From positions 372,001-436,000 of the forward strand of contig NIVC01000640.1 in assembly GCA_002269645.1 (NCBI GenBank): a stretch of DNA of 64,000 nucleotides, written 5' to 3'. The stretch comes from Macrostomum lignano. Taxonomy: Eukaryota. A model generated the notes under the pieces. It did not search any database. It was not told the origin of the DNA and saw only the letters and a program-made list of their open reading frames with translations. Positions within the stretch are counted from its first letter, which is position 1; each line of letters starts with the position of its first letter. The position numbers and the translations under genes were made by a program. Shown piece by piece: positions 59,709 through 64,000 of the stretch.

Positions 59709-61424
59709 GTGAGACTGGTTTGAGCTGCACGCGCGGGTTGCTATTGAACTCGTGTGATACCGGCGCTGGTTGACCCTCTCCGTTCCTGTCTGACCTTCTT
59801 CTGTTCCTGTTGGATCCTCTTCTGCCCCTCTCTCACTCTCTCCCGCCCCTGTCTCATTCTATTCCAACCCTGTCTGTTTCACTCTCTCCCGCCTCTGTTT
59901 CACGCTCTTCCGCCCCTCCTCAACCAGTTCCGCCCCTGTTTCACACTCAACCGCCCCCTCCGCGCCCATGTATGCAGCTGCCCCTCATGCAGCCATACAT
60001 GCCAGCGCAGATATTCTACATCTGTGAACAGAGTTCCCGCAGGAATCTCTGATTGAGATAGCATTTGCATAGAAAAAGCAAACTAGCACGGGAGGCCACG
60101 CAGGTGCTGAGGGCGGCCCGCTGTGCTATGGAAGGGAATTCTTCAATCCCAGCAGTTTATCTCAAGCCTATACTAAATATTCGTTGGCCCAAAAATCAGT
60201 GCAGCAACTTGTGGCAATGTCACTATCAGATTCTCAGAAATTGGCTTCCAATTTTACTAGATAAGAGATCTGCAGCGGTTGGAACAATTTCTTATAGGCA
60301 GCACTGATCTCCCGCGGGAATCCAGAGTGGAGCATCGATAAAAAAGCATCTTCTAGCAAAGGCAGTTAAGTTATTTAAAAGATGAAATTTGAAATTTGAC
60401 TTGAAGTAGTAGAAAGCAAAACAAGTAAGTAAGGGATTCCTTTCGCATGGATCTGACTGACTCGACCCCCCAGCTGTCTCGTCTGCCATAGACTATAGCG
60501 CTCGTTAGCTCCCCTCCCAGCGGGGCCACCGCATGGGAGACTTTTCCCCAAGCCCTATTCGCCCAACTAGGCCCACCAGCTGCTGCGGCAAGCCAAGGAC
60601 CCTTGAACTCCGTGGACTGGGAAGCGAGCGCTCTGAAATAACCAGAAGTTTGACTTGCCTCCTCTTTTTACACAAAAAAGATTGACGGAGAAGATTTAAC
60701 AAAATCTTTCACGGCTTTCAATCTTGTGCCCGGCGCTAAATGCACAGGGAAATCTATAGCTCTGGTGAGCTGTAAAATATCTATCATCAAGAAGAGATAT
60801 CTCCCAAATAGTCCAGTCCAGTACCAAGTTCGAGGGTCCATGGCTGCCATCCCCCCTGCCGATCTGTGCCGCCACAGCAAGGGAGGTCGGTTGGTCAGCA
60901 TTGCATGGCAGCTCGGCAATTGGAATCGAATGGGTGGAAAATAACTGCATTGGGTACAGACTGACGGGCAGTGCAGGGGGGCCAGCAGGGAAATTTGAAT
61001 GACAACTCGATTCCCACCGCTGGTGGCCGTTCAGCGAAATTGTCGAATAATTTCGAATTGCCGCTAATGCTGCGGCGGGGCCTTTGGCTCCAGCTCTGTA
61101 GGGCTGAATATTTGTTCGGTGCATAGCTCTAGAAATCAACTGCCAGATGCGGTCTGTATTTCCCAGCGTGTGTGCGGGCATTGTTCAACTTGTCTGTTTG
61201 AATTTTTGTTTGCAATTATTTGATCAAAACAAAGGACAGTCTTGAGAGAATTTTTTACTCTATAATTTTCTTGACCTCAGCGAGCGAAAAATATTTAATG
61301 GATGAATTACTTAAGCCCGAGTGGAGTCTAGGAGCTTAGGAACTTTTGATTTGGGAATTAATTAATTCAAGTATGAGCATGCCGAATTAATTTTACAAGA
61401 ATTCCAAGAATCCCGCTTTCTACT

Positions 61425-62295
61425 CTATCCTCTCCGCTTTCTAGTCTTGTCTACTCTATTTCCGCTTTCTACTCTGTCTCTGCCGTCTACTCTATCTCGG
61501 CTGTCTACTCTGTCTCCGCTCTCTACTTTATCTCCGCTGTCTACTCTATCGTCTCCGCTCTCTACTTTATCTCCGCTGTCTACTCTATCGTCTCCGCTGT
61601 CTACTTTATCTCCGCTGTCTACTCTTTCTCGGCTGTCTACTTTATCTCCGCCGTCTACTCTATCTCGGCTGTCTACTTTATCTCCGCCGTCTACTCTATC
61701 TCGGCTGTCTACTCTGTCTCCGCTGTCTACTTTATCTCCGCTCTCTACTTTATCTCCGCTGTCTACTCTATCGTCTCCGCTGTCTACTCTATCTCCGCTG
61801 TCTACTTTATTGTTTCCACTGTCTACTTTATCTCCGCTGTCTACTCTTTCTCGGCTGTCTACTCTATCTCGGCTGTCTACTTTATCTCGGCTGTCTACTT
61901 TATCTCCGCTGTCTACTCTATCTCCGCTGTCTACTTTATTGTTTCCGCTGTCTACTTTATCTCCGCTGTCTACTCTTTCTCGGCTGTCTACTCTATCTCG
62001 GCTGTCTACTTTATCTCGGCTGTCTACTTTATCTCGGCTGTCTACTCTATCTCCGCTGTCTACTTTATTGTTTCCGCTGTCTACTTTATCTCCGCTGTCT
62101 ACTCTTTCTCGGCTGTCTACTCTATCTCGGCTGTCTACTTTATCTCGGCTGTCTACTTTATCTCCGCTGTCTACTCTATCGTCTCCGCTGTCTACTTTAT
62201 CTCCGCTGTCTACTCTATCTCGGCTGTCTACTTTATCTCCGCTGTCTACTCTATTGTCTCCGCTGTCTACTTATCTCCGCTGTCTACTCTGTCGC
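61425..62295. repeat. 18-bp minisatellite
   Basis: TCTACT(C/T)TATCTC(C/G)GCTG units. Confidence 0.95.
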
Positions 62296-63094
62296 CTCTC
62301 ATTACATACTCATTACATACTCATTACATAAAGAACATATCGTTTCAAGTGAAATCATTAATCAAATAAGAGTATTTAGACTTAGAGTGGGAATTACTGA
62401 GAAAATGATAAGTGTTGGGTAACACTCCATCAATAACGGTGTAGAAGCGATACGTAAATACAACAGCATTAGCGCCTATTGCAGAACAATGTTAAATCAC
62501 AGTCAATAGAATGCTTGACAGCCAGACAGTGCATCATTATTGAAATGCTTTGGGATCGCGCGAGAGTGGCGCTTGATTTCAAATTCCGTAGCAAAGAAAT
62601 TCCGCAGCATCTCGTTCGATTCAGTTTAATCGATAAACGATAAACGATTACAAACTGAGTGGGAGGAGAGAAGTATTTCTCTCTGTTTATCCCCCATGTC
62701 TAAATATCCCAACCGATGCGACCGGCTCGCAGGGGCCCTCGCCCAAAACTCCAGCGCGGGGCCGCTCCATTTGATTTTCTTAGAAAACACGGAAGATCCA
62801 TCAATGTTGGCCTTCAGTTCTGGCATTTCGGTGAAGGGAGAAGAGAAGAGCCGCAAATATAAGCCGCAGTTTCAGTTGGCTGCATGACAGGTGACAGGCA
62901 ACACACAGAAAGCCAGCAGAAGCAGCAAATAAGCGGCAGTTTTTCAGTGATGACGGAGATTGCTGGAAGCTGCAGAAGCAGAAGGTTAAAATGGTTCGAA
63001 TCTTAATCGATTCTGAGTTTCTAGGATATTGCAGCGAAGATGGGAAAGTTAAAGTTTGAAGTATGAAGTATGAATTCTTCTCTAGAATTTGATG

Positions 63095-63178
63095 CATGAA
63101 ATATGAAATGTGAAATATGAAATATGAAATATGAAATATGAAGTATGACATATGAAATATGACATATGAAATATGAAT
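63095..63178. repeat. 7-bp tandem repeat (GAAATAT)n
   Basis: Direct inspection. Confidence 0.9.
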
Positions 63179-64000
63179 CGTGAATCGTGAATCAGGATGT
63201 ATTTAAAATAAAATTTCATAAAATTTTACAAAGTTACTTTCGGTTGAACGGGTTGAATTCTTGCTCGAACTTCTTAAAACAACAATCAGAACTTGTTAAC
63301 CGAAGGGCAAGGGTCAGCGCACCTATACAATATGAAAGTGAAATCGGCACCCCGCAATAAATTCACTATTAGATTCTGTTTTCAACAATACGCGATCGGA
63401 TGGTTGCAGGAACTTCCCCAGTATTTTTGTATTGTTGCCATGGGCTAAGCAGGTTCACCCGAGAGGGGCAGGTTGGCCGGCACCGGGGGTCTGCCCCCCC
63501 CCCCCAGTGCGGCGCTGACAGTAAAGCCCGTGATTGAGGGCTTGGGCGCATTGGATATGACAGGTCATGTTTACTGGGCTAGGCTTAAGCCAGGAGGCCC
63601 CGTGCAAAGTCTTCTAGCGGGCATAATCTTCTTGCATCGCATTCTTCATCTGGGGCCGGAGAGGCTGCGGCATCTCCTACCCCTAACCCTCCCAGCCTCC
63701 ATCCGCGTGTCTGCTTGGAAACAAAAATCGTCTTGTTGCAAAATCTTTCCTTCCGGCTTCCTTATACAGTCGCTGGCGCCTGTAATCCCCCTTTACTGAG
63801 AGGCTCTCCCCCCTCTCTCTTCCCAGCTGGATAGCCTCCTGAAAGATATGCGGATAGGCGGATATGCACCTGACTTTGTCAAGTTCCTCAACCAGCAGCA
63901 GCCGCCTTGGTGATAGGAAGTGGGGGATCGAGGGGGGAGGGTCGCCACCGCTTGCACAGACTGCGGCCGTGTCGGCGGTCATCGCTTTATGACTGCTTTA

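Noticed and set aside
61447-62331. 294-aa STLSPL-repeat ORF
   Set aside because: 18-bp minisatellite; TTG start and no unique domain.

Overview
Metazoan (invertebrate) genomic DNA. Coding style and repeat content are compatible with the flatworm Macrostomum lignano, but that is inference only. The window holds: (1) RPB1/POLR2A on the minus strand (6 exons). It is cut off just before the CTD heptads by a ~1.8-kb tandem duplication that looks like a stitched second allele/homeolog. (2) NDUFS8, head-to-head with RPB1 (start codons 836 bp apart; two micro-exons missing from the ORF track). (3) A TE-rich zone with Merlin, Tc1 (DD34E), Crypton-like tyrosine recombinase and IS630/Tc1 remnants, plus a bounded P-superfamily THAP transposon with 72-bp TIRs and an 8-bp TSD. 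(4) Three divergent members of a small gene family I cannot assign, sharing the motif CLPC..LR..(E/D)xQ(R/K)RYFxxVWxL(L/V)FxxLF; two have phase-compatible second exons and one carries an internal TGA. (5) A seven-gene LITAF array bracketed by that family, partly amplified as a 3.6-kb unit carrying LINE fragments. (6) The 5' part of a LIM-homeobox-like gene. (7) Many MITEs, minisatellites and microsatellites. The most novel item is the unassigned family flanking the LITAF array. An 8-mer, GTCTATGG/CCATAGAC, is about 10-fold enriched across unrelated transposons. Single-base indels in RPB1 suggest residual assembly errors, so frameshifts elsewhere should be treated cautiously.
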